Numbered from the stretch's first letter, positions 26,680 to 41,428 are shown. The stretch is 64,000 nt of DNA from Chrysomallon squamiferum (GCA_012295275.1 CM022667.1:6014001-6078000); one strand, 5' to 3'. Translations and numbers: made by a program. Notes: a model not told the origin generated them from the sequence alone.

Positions 26680-26911
26680 CTAAAAATAAAATAAATAAAT
26701 ATATAATATCAACATAAACATGCTCACTAAATACAGCACAGTCTTATCCACCTCAAACGGATTCTTTACTTACAACTTCTTTTAATCTAAGCATGTTTAT
26801 ATATAAGATTCGGTAATTTAAAATATTTCATCTTTTTTATTACAAGTATCACTGAATGTTAGATACAGCAGCATTTCTCAAATTGTTATAAAAATATAAT
26901 TATTTACTTAC

Positions 26912-27274
26912 TGCTCATTTCTAATCTCAGTGTGTTACTGGACATTCTAGCAGTATTCAGTGTACAAAACCAGTCTGTGACATCCTGATCTGAAGCTTTG
27001 TTAATTGTCAGAGAATAATTCTTAGTGGTTGACAGGCTGCTGTTTGTGCCATCTCCACACTCTACAGAATAACTCTGTCTGTCATTTGGACCATTAAATA
27101 CAGAACACTGATCTGATTTCTGTCTCAGTGAACCAATACTAGAACTGCCACCATCTTTATAAAACGTTATTAAATCATCAAGATTTTCAGCACCTGACAC
27201 TGTACAAGTCAGAGTAAACTGTTTGTCTTTGACTAAATGAGATGAAGATCCAGACAAAGTGAGAGAAACACAAT
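26912..27274 (-). CDS. Gene C V-like Ig exon (cassette 1, divergent loops)
   Basis: 363 nt; carries ITFYKDGG / FNGPNDRQS / TARM patches. Confidence 0.9.
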
Positions 27275-28739
27275 CTGTAAAGCAAAATATGAAACTTGTT
27301 TTGTTTGTTAAAGAAAATTGTATTTATTTATTCAATTTTTATTTTTATCTTTATTATTTCTTTATTATGCAATCTGCAAAGATGAGTGTTAACTTTAAGA
27401 GTTCCTTTAAAAGTTACAGTTCTCTCCATATATTACAAATAAAAAGTTAAATGTTTAGAAAATACAGAAAATGCACTTTATGTCATATTTAAAAGCAAAT
27501 ATTTACATTATAAAATAGAATGAATTTATGTTTTATTTAATGTTGCACTGAACACATTTTAATCAATGTTTACATGGAATAACAGCCATTAGAGATAATG
27601 CAGATAGATTTGGGTTAACCATTTCATTTAAGATCTAAAACACTTTTAGATCAAGTGATAATTGTGTTTTAGTCTTCATAAACTATCTGGTTAATTAGGC
27701 TAGTTCATTTAAAAGTTGTAAGTGTCTATAAAATAATAGCTCCAATTTTCCTAAAAAATCTTTGTTCTTTTGAAACATTTCCTTTATAAAGCAACCCTTC
27801 TGTCAATAGTTCTGATAATTAGTATTTAAATATTTAATTTCTAGAATAATTTCAGTCATCAGTTAAAATAGCAAGAGGGATGAGCAAACATTTCACTTAG
27901 TATTACTAATAAATGATACCATAAATTTTGAAAGCAAATATCAACAGTTTAAAATAATCAAATTGAATTTATGTTTTATATAAATGTGAATAAGGAGAAA
28001 GCAGATATCAAGAGAGGTAAAATTTGCTGTGATGCAGTAGGATACTATTTTTATATGTACTATACCACAGACAAGGAAGTACAAACTATGGCTTTCTCTC
28101 ACTGATCTAAAATAAGACATTGCACCTTGAAGAGACAGTTGTTGTACCGGCACATTCAATAAGGAAGGACCTACACTTTTAAATGGCTAATTATCATAAA
28201 ACACAAATTAATGATATCAAAGAAAGATTGTTCATGACTGAGAAATCAGAGCTTTTGCTTGATTTTTCCCCCCAACATATCATGTTATAGTTTGTTTTGA
28301 ATATACTTTTGAACAACTTCACTATCTGTAACATTGGTGACGGATTGAGGTTCATATTCCATTTACACTGCAAATTGTTCATAACTATCTTATTAACACT
28401 GGTATCATTTTTTTTTATATTTACTAACAAGATTACATTCATCAAAAGGAATATACAGCTTTTGGGAAAAAATGCACTTATTACAATTATAAATTTTGTT
28501 ATGAATTTTTAAAGAAATCCAAAAAATTACTGAATTATTTTTAATTTTTTACCATACACAGAGAACCTAACATGACGAGATATATTAAAATTGTTAGATA
28601 ACTACTTTGTATTGCCAGTGAATATATTTACCTCTAGACTGTATACAGTCATAATAAAATAACAAGTGAATTATTTCTTTCCTGCACTTGTTATAAACCT
28701 CATTAAAAATTACTTTTAGATAATAATAATAATAATAGC

Positions 28740-28779
<40 letters not shown>

Positions 28780-29669
28780 GATTTTCACTTCTAAGACAAT
28801 AAATATATTCCACTGTTTCATAATCAGAAGATATATTTAAATATTAACTTACTGAAGAATACTGATATAAATTTAAAACATTTTTATGAATTACAATATG
28901 ATAGAAATATACAGCATTTCAGTGAACACAAATCTGGTAAAATAAAAATAAATAATGAGTGAACTATTTCTTTCAGTATGGTTATCTTTGTTAAAGATCA
29001 ATATATATATATATATACATATATATTATGACAGGCATATTATGATTTATGTATTTTTAAAGTAGTTTTATTTTTTTTAAATTGAAAGAAATAATAATAA
29101 GTATCAGAAATTTCCTCTTACAAATAATGCATTTTAATATTTTATGAATACTTTTAAAAGTTAAAAAGAGATAATGTATTTAATATTCAAAACTAATAAC
29201 TGTATAATACTAATTATAATGTATTTAGTTAAAACATTTTTACAAAGAAAAATCCATATATGTATTAAATACAATTATGTATTCCAAATTAAAATGTGAA
29301 CAGAATTATGGTTGAAAATCAACAGATTTTCTTTAATTCTACTAAAATAATGATATCGAGCACAACATCAGTAAATGTATGTAACACTTTAATGACAGAG
29401 AAACACGTGTTTTGCGTATGACACAGATCAAATCAGATTTTATTGTTTTATTAATTATTTTAAATAAAAAATATAGTAAATATAGAGTAATTGGTTTAAA
29501 TGTTTAAATATAATTCCATTCATTAAAACATAAACAAAAATAAACAAGAAAAGGTGAGTGTAATTATCAGTCAGAATAGAAGTAAAATAATTTTCACAGA
29601 TGATAACCAATCAAGATTGACTGTTAGTAAGTGTTTTAAAAAAAAAGAAAAAAGTTTCTGTAAACTTAC

Positions 29670-29736
29670 CTGAATAAGCAACACTGATCAAGAAGAAAAG
29701 AACTAAAATCATTTTTTTATCAACAGTCCAAAACAT
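29670..29736 (-). CDS. Gene C leader exon
   Basis: MFWTVDKKMILVLFFLISVAYS+G; GTAAGT donor. Confidence 0.8.
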
Positions 29737-30355
29737 AATAACGTATTAATTATAAATTGTGACACAGTTTTAGATTAAAAATCCTGTTCTCACAGCAAGT
29801 AACGATGCTTTTCTTTGCAATTCACTTCCTGGTTTATTTCTGTCAAAATGTGTACTTCTGTCCGGATTTAGTTAATGCAATAACATCCCATTTTCCATTT
29901 GAACTGAACTCACACAAGTATGGTGAATAATGATCACGTAAATGTTTGTTTCACGTTTTATTGCAATTATTAGCAATCTTTTGATACAACAGACTAACTC
30001 TCAGCGAACTTCCACTAAGTTTACAACACTGAATATAAAATCTAAAACGAGGCTAGGTATTATCTCCACTGTGGATAGATACAGAGATTTACGGCCCGGG
30101 AAGTGTGTGACATGTATGTTTCTCCTAAAATTAATTCTACGCCCCGGTACTCAGTAATCGCCCTTTTATTAATAGTCGGGGGTATACAATTAAATGTTTA
30201 CAACGAACTAATTCTGCAACAGAGCTTTTGACGCTATGAATTTGTTTCATCATTTATAATGGGACTATCAGAAAGTCATACGCAATAGGAAAATTGCTAT
30301 TTATTTTTTATTTATTTTCTTCGTGTATTAATATTTATTTACTTATTTACTGATG

Positions 30356-30437
<82 letters not shown>

Positions 30438-31143
30438 TTTATTTTTTCGAGATATATTTTAGGAAATCATAAATTAAATGGATAAATAACAAAACTGCCC
30501 TGACTTATTTATTTATTTATTTACCTATTATTATATACCATTTTCTTTCTTTTTGATTTTGATTTTTTCATTTTTATTATTTTTTTTTTTACCGATTTTT
30601 ATTTGTTTGTTCTTGCAAGTAATATAACTTACTTTACCGATTTTTTAAATTATTCTTTTATTACGTTTTTTTTTAAAATTATTTAATTATTATTATTATT
30701 ATTTTATTATAATAATAATAATAATTATTATTATTATTATTATTATTATTATTTTAGCTTGTATGCATAATTTATGCATAATTTAGTGCATAAATTAATT
30801 AAATTCACAGACAACTTTTAAACATTTTGATTAATTAGAAAATGAACATTTTAATAAATCAGCTTTGATACGAGACAATCCGCATTTCTTCTTTTTTCTT
30901 AAGTTTAAAAGTAAATAATGTTGTAGTTTCTGGATACAAAATTTATTTCTAATATAACTGGTCAGTCTTTGTTAAATGAAGGTTCGTTAACAGCTTAGTA
31001 AAGATCAGGTGAACCCCAGTGTAACTTTGACATATTAATAGAACGCATTCTCAGATACAATTAAAACATATAAAACTTATTTATTTTAAAGGATATCATT
31101 TAATTTCCAAATATAAATATATATATGAAAAAAGTAGGCACTC

Positions 31144-31196
<53 letters not shown>

Positions 31197-32998
31197 GTAT
31201 ATATATATATTTTTTCTTTCTCTCGGCGACTGTTAGGAAGTTTTCACATCTTTATGTGATGGCGGAGATTTTTAAGAAAGAAAAAAAATAACATACTTGA
31301 CAGAGTACAAGAATTTTATTTACTACAGTCTCTGAATACAAATCATAAACTAAAACTGCACATTTTCTGTGCTTTAAAATTCAGGTCTTGATTTTATGTG
31401 GTAAAATTAAATACCAAACTCAGCATGTTTTTATTTATTTTATATTTATATATAGGCCCCTTAACGATACCTTGATAGGGCCTCGATCAAACTGTGGCAG
31501 GTTTTCTCAGCGACATTTAAATGTAGAGTTTTCTGTTTTTGTTTAAGTTAGAAAATTGGCCCTAACTTATTTTATTTGTTATACGGATATTGTTGTATTA
31601 TTAAGGTACAGTTTTTGAAAATGTCGGTACCATATTTACTATTTACTTAAATAGCTTACTTTAATACAGTTTAACATTTCGTAATTTACCTGTATGTATC
31701 ATTAAAGTAAGTAAATAAGTTAACCATTCATTTCTACAGATATTCCTAACTGTATGTGTTAATTAAATGTCCACTGTTAGTTAATAGGAATCCAGTTGCT
31801 CAAACATCTAACAACTTACGATCATTAGCGAGCGACAAAGGGAGGAGACCACAGAGAACAAAGAGGAGAAAGACAAAGAGAACGTGGGACGGTGGAGTTG
31901 GAGGCCATTATTAGGTAACTATGTTGGTAACTAAAGTTTGCGTTATCTTTGTTTAAAGTTGGAAATCAGGGACAAATGGTTATCCTGTATGTTCTGTTTG
32001 ATTTGTTGATCAATTTGATGTAACCTGTATATGCTTTATTAGAGAGTCTGAGTTACATGTATTTCTAATATAACCTGTTACGGAAATTAAAAGATTTAAG
32101 AATTATAGTATTTCATTGAACGCCAACTCACACGTCCTGAACCATTTAATAATAAGTGTAAAATAAAAAATTATCTTTGTAATATAACTATTGTGTTTTG
32201 TTTTCTGTTCATAGTGGATACTGGATATGTATAGTTTATATCTGTAGTATATGCAAATATTTGTATCTATTACAATTAAGTCAACAAACAGGCGCAAACC
32301 TCAGACAAGAAACGAGCCGTATTTTAATAGAGTTGTTAGCACTTGAAAACTATCGCCTCTTATGCGCTGGGCCACGTGACAAGATATATATACGCATTAG
32401 AGTTGAAATGTTAACTAAATATTGGAAATTTAATTTAATTTTTAAATGTTTATACTTTCATTTTCACCAGAAGCAGAGTCTCACGGAATTCAGATTGCGT
32501 AACAAATATATCTTTCTGGGTTATCTGCCTGTTTATTTTAATGCCATGGAATTCAAATTACCAATTTATACTTCAAAGACGTGCGAATGTTTTATTTTTG
32601 CCGCCAATTTTTCAACTCCATGGCATTGTTTTAAAAGAGAGGAGAAAAAGGCCAACACGAGAGCTCAGATTGTTTAGATTATTTTGTTCTGTTTGCACAT
32701 AACAGATATAATAAAATTTATAAAGTAGGTGGGAAAATTTTATGTATTCAGAAATGCTAAACATATTAAAGTAAGAAATAATGTTAGTTCTGCTTAATAT
32801 AAATAAAAAAGTAAACAGATGACTGTTCTATATATATATATATATAAGCTAGAAAAAAAAAACAAATATATATATATATATATGATAGAAAAAATTAAAT
32901 ATAAAATAAGAATAAACTGGCATTGTTAAACAGCAATTCATAATGTGGAACCAAGTAAGATAAAATCTTCATTTCAGTATTATGAAATTACCAAATCA

Positions 32999-33081
<83 letters not shown>

Positions 33082-34313
33082 AAGTAATAGAAATAAAGAG
33101 AAAAAATAGCATTTATTACAACAGGAACAGCATTTGGAGAAAAACAAAAAGAAATCATCTAAATGAGAAAGAAATGTCAAAAAACAAATGGATCATCTTC
33201 ATAGAATGATTAAGTAACAAACCAGTAAATTATTTCAAATTCGTCATGTGTGACTTTCAGAAGGGATAACTATGAATTTGGTATTGATACAATAACTGCA
33301 ATTTCTTCCTGTTGCAAACTATTAATTATTATAATCCAGAATGTTTCAAACACACATTCATACAAACAGAGATCTGTGAAAAGTAAAATATATCAGTAAG
33401 ATAATCTATATTAGGTACTCAGCTTAGATTAATTTTGAAAAACTGGCCTGTTATGAAAATAGAGACAGAAATTAAAAAACAAAAGGACTAATAAAATAAA
33501 AGCATGATAGGGAACATTTCTATTAAGCCAGCTATGGGTAAAGCTTTCCTGTGATAACAGCATGAAAAATGTGCATGACAATGTCATTAGATGGAATTTA
33601 TAAATGACTAAATATCCATAGACTTACATACAAACACATTTACCTCAATTACAGAAATAATTATTTCCTATGTCAGATATAACGATTTATGGAAAAACCT
33701 TTTTTCCTTTCACACATGGACTGTACTAAAATAATATAGTTTTTTTATAGTACAAAAAATTTGAACACTGTTATTTTACTACTTTCAAATGTGAAATGTT
33801 ATCATTGTGATTCCAGATTAACTTTCTTCTTCCCTTTACAAAATAGGAATAAAAGAAACAGTGTCTATCTTACCCGGGAAATAATTTATAAACTTAAAGA
33901 AAATTATAAACCAAATAAATAAAAATAGTAAAAATGATAAAAGTATTACATATTGATACTGCTTACACTGTAAAGCCAATATTTTGAGATTTCCTTTCAT
34001 AAAATACATCATGATCATGTAACAAGAAAACTGAAGTGAAATAATTCTATAATTTTCACTTATATATATTAATATATATTTTGTACTGCTTTCTCTAGCT
34101 TTCACAAAGCTTAATTTATTTTAGATTATTTCACCATTTTTTATTTCTCTAATTAAAATTCAATACATTTTCAGATTTTCTTTGCAGTTTTGGTCTAAGT
34201 GTATACCTTTACACCAGTTTTGTTTGCTTTTGACTCTTATTATTTTATTTCAGTTTTAAATTGTTATTTATTATTTTTCTTATATTATAAATTCATTTTC
34301 CTTTTTTGACATT

Positions 34314-34495
34314 TCAGTTTGAACTCTCTTGATTGATATTGTCATGAGACAACTGTGGGGCTTTCTTTGAGAAGTCAGTCTGAATGTACACTGTTGGTTC
34401 TTCTTTTTTGTAGATGGGCTGTGACATTTTCTCATTTGTAAACTCAACTTCAGTGTAAACCAGCTGACGTTCATTTCTTCTTTTAGCTGTTGCTG
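34314..34495 (-). CDS. Gene D terminal cytoplasmic exon with ITIM LVYTEV and degenerate TVY motif
   Basis: AATAKRRNERQLVYTEVEFTNEKMSQPIYKKEEPTVYIQTDFSKKAPQLSHDNINQESSN*; TTTACAG acceptor. Confidence 0.65.
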
Positions 34496-35716
34496 CTGTA
34501 AAACATAAAAATAACACCAAGAAAATTGTTTTTTTTTTTATTAATACGAATATGATCAAATAATACATTTAAATCTGAAAATGCATCAACTGAACTGTAA
34601 CAAATTATATTTAGATACCATTACACTGGATGAAATGCATAAAACCTTTCCATGATAAAATAATTATTAAGTTTTAGAAATATAAAAATCCCCCAAAATC
34701 GAATTGTCCAAAATATATCGTAAACAAGAATTTTAAGAGTACAAACCTGATTTTTTCCGTTAGTCATTTTGTTTGACGTTTCATCTACAACAAATGTAGT
34801 GTTGTCATTACCATAGATGTGCTTATCTTCAAATGCTTTTTTTGAAATGGATAATATTTCATTTACAAAAATAATTTCATCAAATGGAATTTTAAATGTA
34901 AAATAAAAAAAAAAAAAAAAAAAAAAAATAATAATAATATTATAATTAGGACTAGATATAAATACTAACAAAGCAAAATCATTTACCATCGATGTAATTA
35001 TACCGTATCAAAAACTGTTTGTTTCCACTTGTTCAGACATAAATCTAACATTCAATGAAGATACCGAAGCAAACCATTGTAATACAAACAAAATTACTTC
35101 GTCAATAAGCATAATTCATTTTTATTTTCTTTTCTTACTTCACCTTTGGATTTCTGTCTTGTTTATTAGATATTAAATTCATATATTTTGTGGCACAGAG
35201 TTTACTTTTAGAAATTATTTCATGTTTACTGTAATGTCAATGAAGTATTCTTAACATTAAACATGAGAATAAAATTATAAACACACATACACACAGATGT
35301 CTTTATCACATTTACTTAGACATTACTTGTATTTATCTTCTGTTTTATATTTAGTGTGATGTCAGAGTTGAAATAAGATCTGTAAACAAATCTATATGGC
35401 CAAAATAACTAAGCAATCTTTTCCTTAGATAAAGAAAATTTGTTCTAGTTTTAATTTATCCTTGCTCTTTAGGGTTACGATGAAATGTAAATTCCAGATT
35501 GATCATTTGATTAATTGTGTGAATTTATTGTTAAACTTGAAAGGTATGGACATCAACTGCTTAACTAATTTTTATCTGGAGAAATGAAAAGGATATAATC
35601 ATCAGTGGTAATTAGTTCTCTTTATGTAGTTCATTTATGAAAGCATTCATGTGAATGTGCATATGTGTGCTCCTGTATTTAATTTTTCTGTAATTTGAAA
35701 GAACATAATACATTAC

Positions 35717-35824
35717 CTGTATTTTCCTGGGTTTTCTGATTTCGTGAACTGTTCGTTCCAGTTTTTTTAATTCTGTTTACTACTGCATACAAAACATTAG
35801 GGTCTTTCTGATTTGAATCAATGT
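35717..35824 (-). CDS. Gene D cytoplasmic exon with ITIM VLYAVV
   Basis: DIDSNQKDPNVLYAVVNRIKKTGTNSSRNQKTQENT; 108 nt, phase 1-1, CAG/GTAATG sites. Confidence 0.65.
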
Positions 35825-36792
35825 CTGTTTAGAAAAATATCAACAATAAGAATGGCAAAGGTTTTTCTCAATATAAATTAAAACAGAAAATAATGTGTAA
35901 TTAATTAATGTTTGTGACGGTATCATGGATGAAATGATGTTTATAATCCATGCTTACTGAAAGAAAATTAAATGCTTCATATTTGAATATCATACATCTA
36001 ATATGAATGTTAAATAAAGGTGCCAAAACAGAATTTATAAACTGCATGTAGTCAGACAGTTATATACAAAAAATAAAATAGAAAATGTCTGCCTTTTCTT
36101 ATGAAAAAAGCAATGGTATTTACAATTGACAGATATGTGTTTAACAGAATGTATAAGGCTTCAGTGGATGGAGATATAAAGATTTCTTGACTGTGGTGGC
36201 TTCCACACACACGTACTATTTCTTTTAGAAATAAATTGATAGCACATATTTTTAGCTTAATGAATCCTTTTAAAGAACATGTCGTGTCGTTGCACTCCAA
36301 GAAGTCAAGGAATCTTTCAATTTATGATAAAGATGATAAGACTGAGACCATGAACAAGAAGCAGAAATAATAAATTTTGCATATTCCAATGACCACAGTT
36401 CAGACTTTTCACCAGAATCAAGAACATTTATCTGGAATACAAAATATGCTTAATACAACAGAAAGGAGAAAACTGATCAAAATAGTTTCAGCTGACAGGT
36501 TGTAGATTGTCATTTCTTTCAGAATATCGTCCATCACTTTTTCTCATTTCAGATCAGCATAAATGATATTTCAAATTATGAACTGAAAAATTCAAAGATG
36601 ATTTACAGCCAACAAGAAAATTTAGAGCTGGTGGCAAAATGTTCTAGCACTGACTAAAGTGAAATTTTCATTGCCAGTTTCTACATGGAAAAAATTTCTA
36701 AAGATCTCATTCTGTTATCCAACATTTTCCTCATAGCTGTCTGACAACATACCAACAGAATAATATTAACATACTACCACTTAAACAGTTAC

Positions 36793-36926
36793 CTTCCATT
36801 GACTTGTCTGATGATGTAGTGCTTTGTTTTCTTCGTCTGAAGAGAAATATAAGTAGGATAACAACAACTACAACAACCAGCAAACCGGCACCAAAACCAC
36901 TATCTTAGAAATCCCTGCTTCTTCTG
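36793..36926 (-). CDS. Gene D transmembrane exon (unrelated to the B/C/E TM)
   Basis: SGFGAGLLVVVVVVILLIFLFRRRKQSTTSSDKSME; out of frame from the CAG at 36927-36929, in frame if the AAG at 36904-36906 is the acceptor. Confidence 0.7.
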
Positions 36927-37175
36927 CTGAAAAAAATAACAAAATAATAATAATAACAACAACAATAAATAAATAAATAAATAAATAAATAATGAAAAGA
37001 CAAAAAAGAAATACCCCAAAATTATGTGCGACATTGGTATTAAATTTTAATAAATTATTTGCTTAAAAAAGATTTGAAAGCTAAGGATTTATCCTTTATT
37101 TACATATTTAAAAAGTCTTTGTTGCCTATATTTTGTGAATTTCTTTTCATTTTTCTAAAATATTACATTTAACAA

Positions 37176-37227
<52 letters not shown>

Positions 37228-40200
37228 TAATGTCCTGCTAACAGTACATTTCAAATTAAAGGACTTTGACTGTAAGTAATAATAATGCATATATCACCCT
37301 TGGGTTCGGTAAAATACTTAATTCTGATGAATAAACCAGCATATTTCGATGTACAGAATCTATAATCATCTGCCTCTGATTTTCATTTCCTAACCCAGAT
37401 TTAACTTACACAAAAATATTGTTAATACAGTAATGTAGACATTTATCCATTTAGATTCATGTTTTAATTTCAGACAGTCCATAACATTCATAGTGACAAA
37501 ATTAGATTTCATAAAAATAGCTCATCTGAATTGAAAACAGTGACATTTATTTATTTATTTATTCAATTTTAATTTTTAGTATTTTACAAGCAGTACTGAA
37601 CTGACAACATATCACTTCAAGTAATCAAATGATGGTTCTCATACATCAGTTTTTATTACATTAAAAACAACACTAATATACATTTTATTTGTTTCCTATT
37701 GTTTATATATTAGTGAAATTTTGGGATCATAAATTATATAGTCATAAACATATTAATTCATTGTTTGTTGTTGTTGGCATTTGAAGATAGTTTGATGTGT
37801 ATTGTATTATTTATCAAAATGCAAATAACTAATGTTTGTAAGAGACTGGGAAATAATTTCTAATTCATTGTTTTCTACTGGTTCCTATTAGTATCTGCAC
37901 AAATGAACTCATATAGAACCTAATAGTAACCACTTCCCCAGACTGTTGAACATGTCTGAATGTATTCAGAAAACTTCAGCCACATACAATAGGGTTGCAT
38001 ATGGCATGTATGTATTTTCCAGGACATGCCTGGATTCACGTGTCAAATTTCATGTCTGGGAAGAAATCAAAAAGGTCTCCAAAGGTCCAGAATTTCAGCT
38101 TCTGTCCCAAAAAAATTTGGTTCTAAATAAGAAAGACTTTGTTAATGATCTACCTACTTTCTCTATGTTTTTCACCTGTATTGACAATTACTACTGTGGC
38201 AGTGGTAACGTGGTTATTTAGCCAGCTAGTCTGAATCCAGTCTCAAATCAGCTCTGACACTTGACAGTGATTACTTATGAGCTTGTTGGTACATTATTAC
38301 TTGCTATTTCATGACTGTATTTCCAAATGTAAATGTAAATTCACTCCAGATATGTAGAACAAACTCCAGTACTTTAAGAAAGGCAAGGATTAATGGGAAG
38401 CAGATTGTTTGGTGTGCAAATCAAGAATTTATATCTCTATAGCATAATGATAGTTTACACTACACACACATGTGAACCTGAAAGCAATGCCAGAAGGGAA
38501 GTGTATCAATGAAATTGATTGATTATTTTGTCATAACAAGTATATAAAATGCCAAAGGCCCAAAGTGTTTGTTGGGGAAAGTCATGGAGGGTCATGTTGA
38601 CTGTCAGTGGAAGGTGTCCTAGATTTTGACTATTCATATATAATCCAACCCTATCTTACGTTCAATCGAATACCTCAGCCATATCTGTCTTAGGCCTCTG
38701 AGGTTTTCTGAAATTACATTGTGTTGAAAAGTTTTCATTTCTTATAGAATACACTGAGTTTACTATACCAAACATGCAAATATCACTGCAAACGATATCA
38801 TCTAAAGTTGTCATTGCCTGTGCAATTCAGAAATTCATTATGACATTTCTCTTAACAGGTGACCAATCAGCAACTGAATTTTTGTTCGTCTTTTAGAATG
38901 AGCCTACATCCAGTCAATATATGTATTGCAATTATGTTGTAGGTCGCAAATATCATTTTGGTATAATAGCCCTTTATTCATTCCAAGAACGAGATTTGGT
39001 AAAATATTGCAGATGTTTGATTTGATGGGTCCCTTAACAACAACATAATAATTTAATTACAACCGTTTTTAGTAAAATTAAAACAAGTTCTGTTTCCTTC
39101 TGTTGCAATGTTAGTATAGTTTTTATGATATGCTAACACATTTTTAAAGTGTAATTTAAGTTACAAAAAATAAAAATGGAAATAAAAAAAGAAACGAAAT
39201 TCAGTCATGGGCCATTGAAAACTTGTACAGGCAAATCAAATTATAGCTATGAGTGGCCTGATCAGCCTATCAAAAAAAAAAAAAAAAAAAAGTCATGGTG
39301 CATACACTGCATTTAGCAGTATTCATTCCAGTCATATACCTCAAAAATGTATCAATGTAGGCTTGTCTCCCAACTCACCAAAATTCAGGTAAATTGGGTG
39401 AACATGTATTGTCATGATTAGTGAAACATGGTGTATTCTTGCAATTTTGCTAAGCAAATCTGTTAGCACTTACATCTGTTCAAAGATTAAAACTGCATTT
39501 ACATCAGGCTTACATAATCTATTCAGTGCCAGACATGATTTCTTACATTCATAATTCTTTTGTACATTACTATCATAATTTTCATGCTGTTAACATTGCC
39601 TTTGGGAAAGACTTAACTAATTCTTTGCAACACTGCAGTTTAGTTTAAATATATGGGATGCAAATCCCATATCTATCATGGAGGAAATAAAATACAGCTT
39701 ATAAATTGAAAGAGAAAGACACTCTTATTTTTTTTTTCCAATAATTGCGATGTCTATGGTTAGACATTAAATTACTTAGAAATTATTATTTCATTTAATT
39801 TGTTCTAGAACTACCAGATAAAGAAATAGGCATTGCAGTATGCAAAAAAAACAACAACAAAAGACCCCACAAAAAACACTTAAAACCGAACCAAAAAACC
39901 CCTCCCAAAACGCAACAAAAAACACAAGAAAAAAAGAAAAAAAAAGTGCTACACTCTAATAGTAAATCTAAAAAATGTTCATAATAATATTTATATTGCG
40001 CTAAATAAAGTCAATGAACTGTTCATTATGCTCTAGTTTGGTGATGTAAGGACATTCGTGATAAAACAGGGGATCAGTTACCATCAGTTATATTTAATAA
40101 TCTTTGATTTATGAAGCATTCTCAGTTTTAATTGCACTGCTTCTTCAGGTGATATAGAATATTGATGAGTCAATGAAAAATATAAATATATCAGTGATAA

Positions 40201-41128
40201 AACAGTTTTTAAAAAGTAATTGACAAATATAATAATGTTGACCAACTCATCTAGTTATAAATTAACAATATATTCTTATCTAATGTACATTGGCCTATAA
40301 ATTGAACACTGCATGGTTGTATGTTTCGAACAATCACTGATAATTTTGTAGATATAAACTATAAAAAAGAAGAAACAAACAAACAAAAGTGAATTTTAAG
40401 CATTGTATATGACAGTTGTCTAGGTGCCTTCTAAACCAGGAACAAAATGATGTTAACAGTTGTGTCCCATAGCTACAAGTTAGTCCTAGAACTTCAAAAA
40501 TTCACAGGAGATGCCTTGCACAATATTGAGACTGCTTTATATTTTACCAATTGTAAGAATGCACAGCTCATTCTTAATATATCTAAATTGGTTCACTGCT
40601 TCCTAACAACTCACTGTGTGGATGCATATATATGTATGTGTATGTATAAGAAGAAAATATCTTGAATTGATAAATGAATAATATTTGTGATTGACAAACA
40701 ATTAATAAACATAATATTCTGTCTGGATTGTAGATTTTAAATAAGACAGATTTACATTGAATGAAACCTAGCAAAACGAATTTTCAGCTTTAAAAATCAA
40801 GTGTCACTGATTGATATATTCTGAGAAATGTAAGCCACATGTGTTCACCTTTCTCAAATATCAAATTTACAGATTACTATTTTTTCCAAAGCATAGACAG
40901 TGATATTCTCATCCATATTTCTTTTAAAAATTTGAAAATTAAAACATTTTTTACATTAATATTAACTTTTGTTAAACAAAGAAATAAATAAAAAAACTGT
41001 TAAAGAAAAGAATATTGTTGACTTTCATATTTGGTCACAATATTCTATTTCTTAATAAAGGTTTTGAATCTAATGAAATTGTGTATGAGCAAAATATCTA
41101 AAGAAACTTTTTATTTAAAGCTTTTTAC

Positions 41129-41428
41129 CCTCTGTCCATGTTTCGTAGTTCTTGGTAAACTCTTTGAATCCAAATTTGTTAAAAGCCAAAACTCGAATCA
41201 GATATCTTGTGTTTGGTTGTAAACTAGAAATCTCTGCTGTGTGATTTGTGTGAAGACCTTTTTCACCAAACTGTTCAGTGAGATTTGTCCACTCAGATGT
41301 TGTGTCTGCTCGATACTGTACAAGAAATGTTTGTTGTGATCCTCCATTAAATTCTTCTGTCCAAGACACTGACACTGAATGTGGACCAGTGATCCAAGTT
41401 CTCACTTCAGTGGGTACAGTTGGAGGAC
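41129..41428 (-). CDS. Gene D FN3 exon
   Basis: GPPTVPTEVRTWITGPHSVSVSW...AFNKFGFKEFTKNYETWTE; 300 nt. Confidence 0.85.

Larger units (their letters stand above)
23178..27490. repeat. Tandem triplication of a ~1.59-kb V-C2 exon cassette
   Basis: Exon offsets of 1593-1594 nt (1581 for the last V); introns of the first two units are nearly identical. Confidence 0.9.
17051..29736 (-). pseudogene. Gene C: IgSF receptor, leader-(V-C2)x3-C2-Ig-I-FN3-TM-ITAM tail, with two premature stops
   Basis: Exons 29670-29736, 26912-27274, 26425-26679, 25331-25693, 24831-25085, 23738-24100, 23237-23491, 22223-22477, 20719-20997, 19292-19597, 18718-19017, 18198-18317, 18003-18036, 17703-17761, 17051-17160; TGG>TGA at 20816-20818 and TAC>TAA at 18011-18013. 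Confidence 0.7.

Noticed and set aside
32198-32677. 159-aa plus-strand ORF and the neighbouring 31450-32100 GC-richer segment
   Set aside because: No recognisable domain; possibly a repeat fragment, but no LTR/TIR pair could be verified
34987-35044. Possible additional gene D tail exon (TAG acceptor and GTAAAT donor present)
   Set aside because: Stops in the frames examined and no motif; cannot be supported
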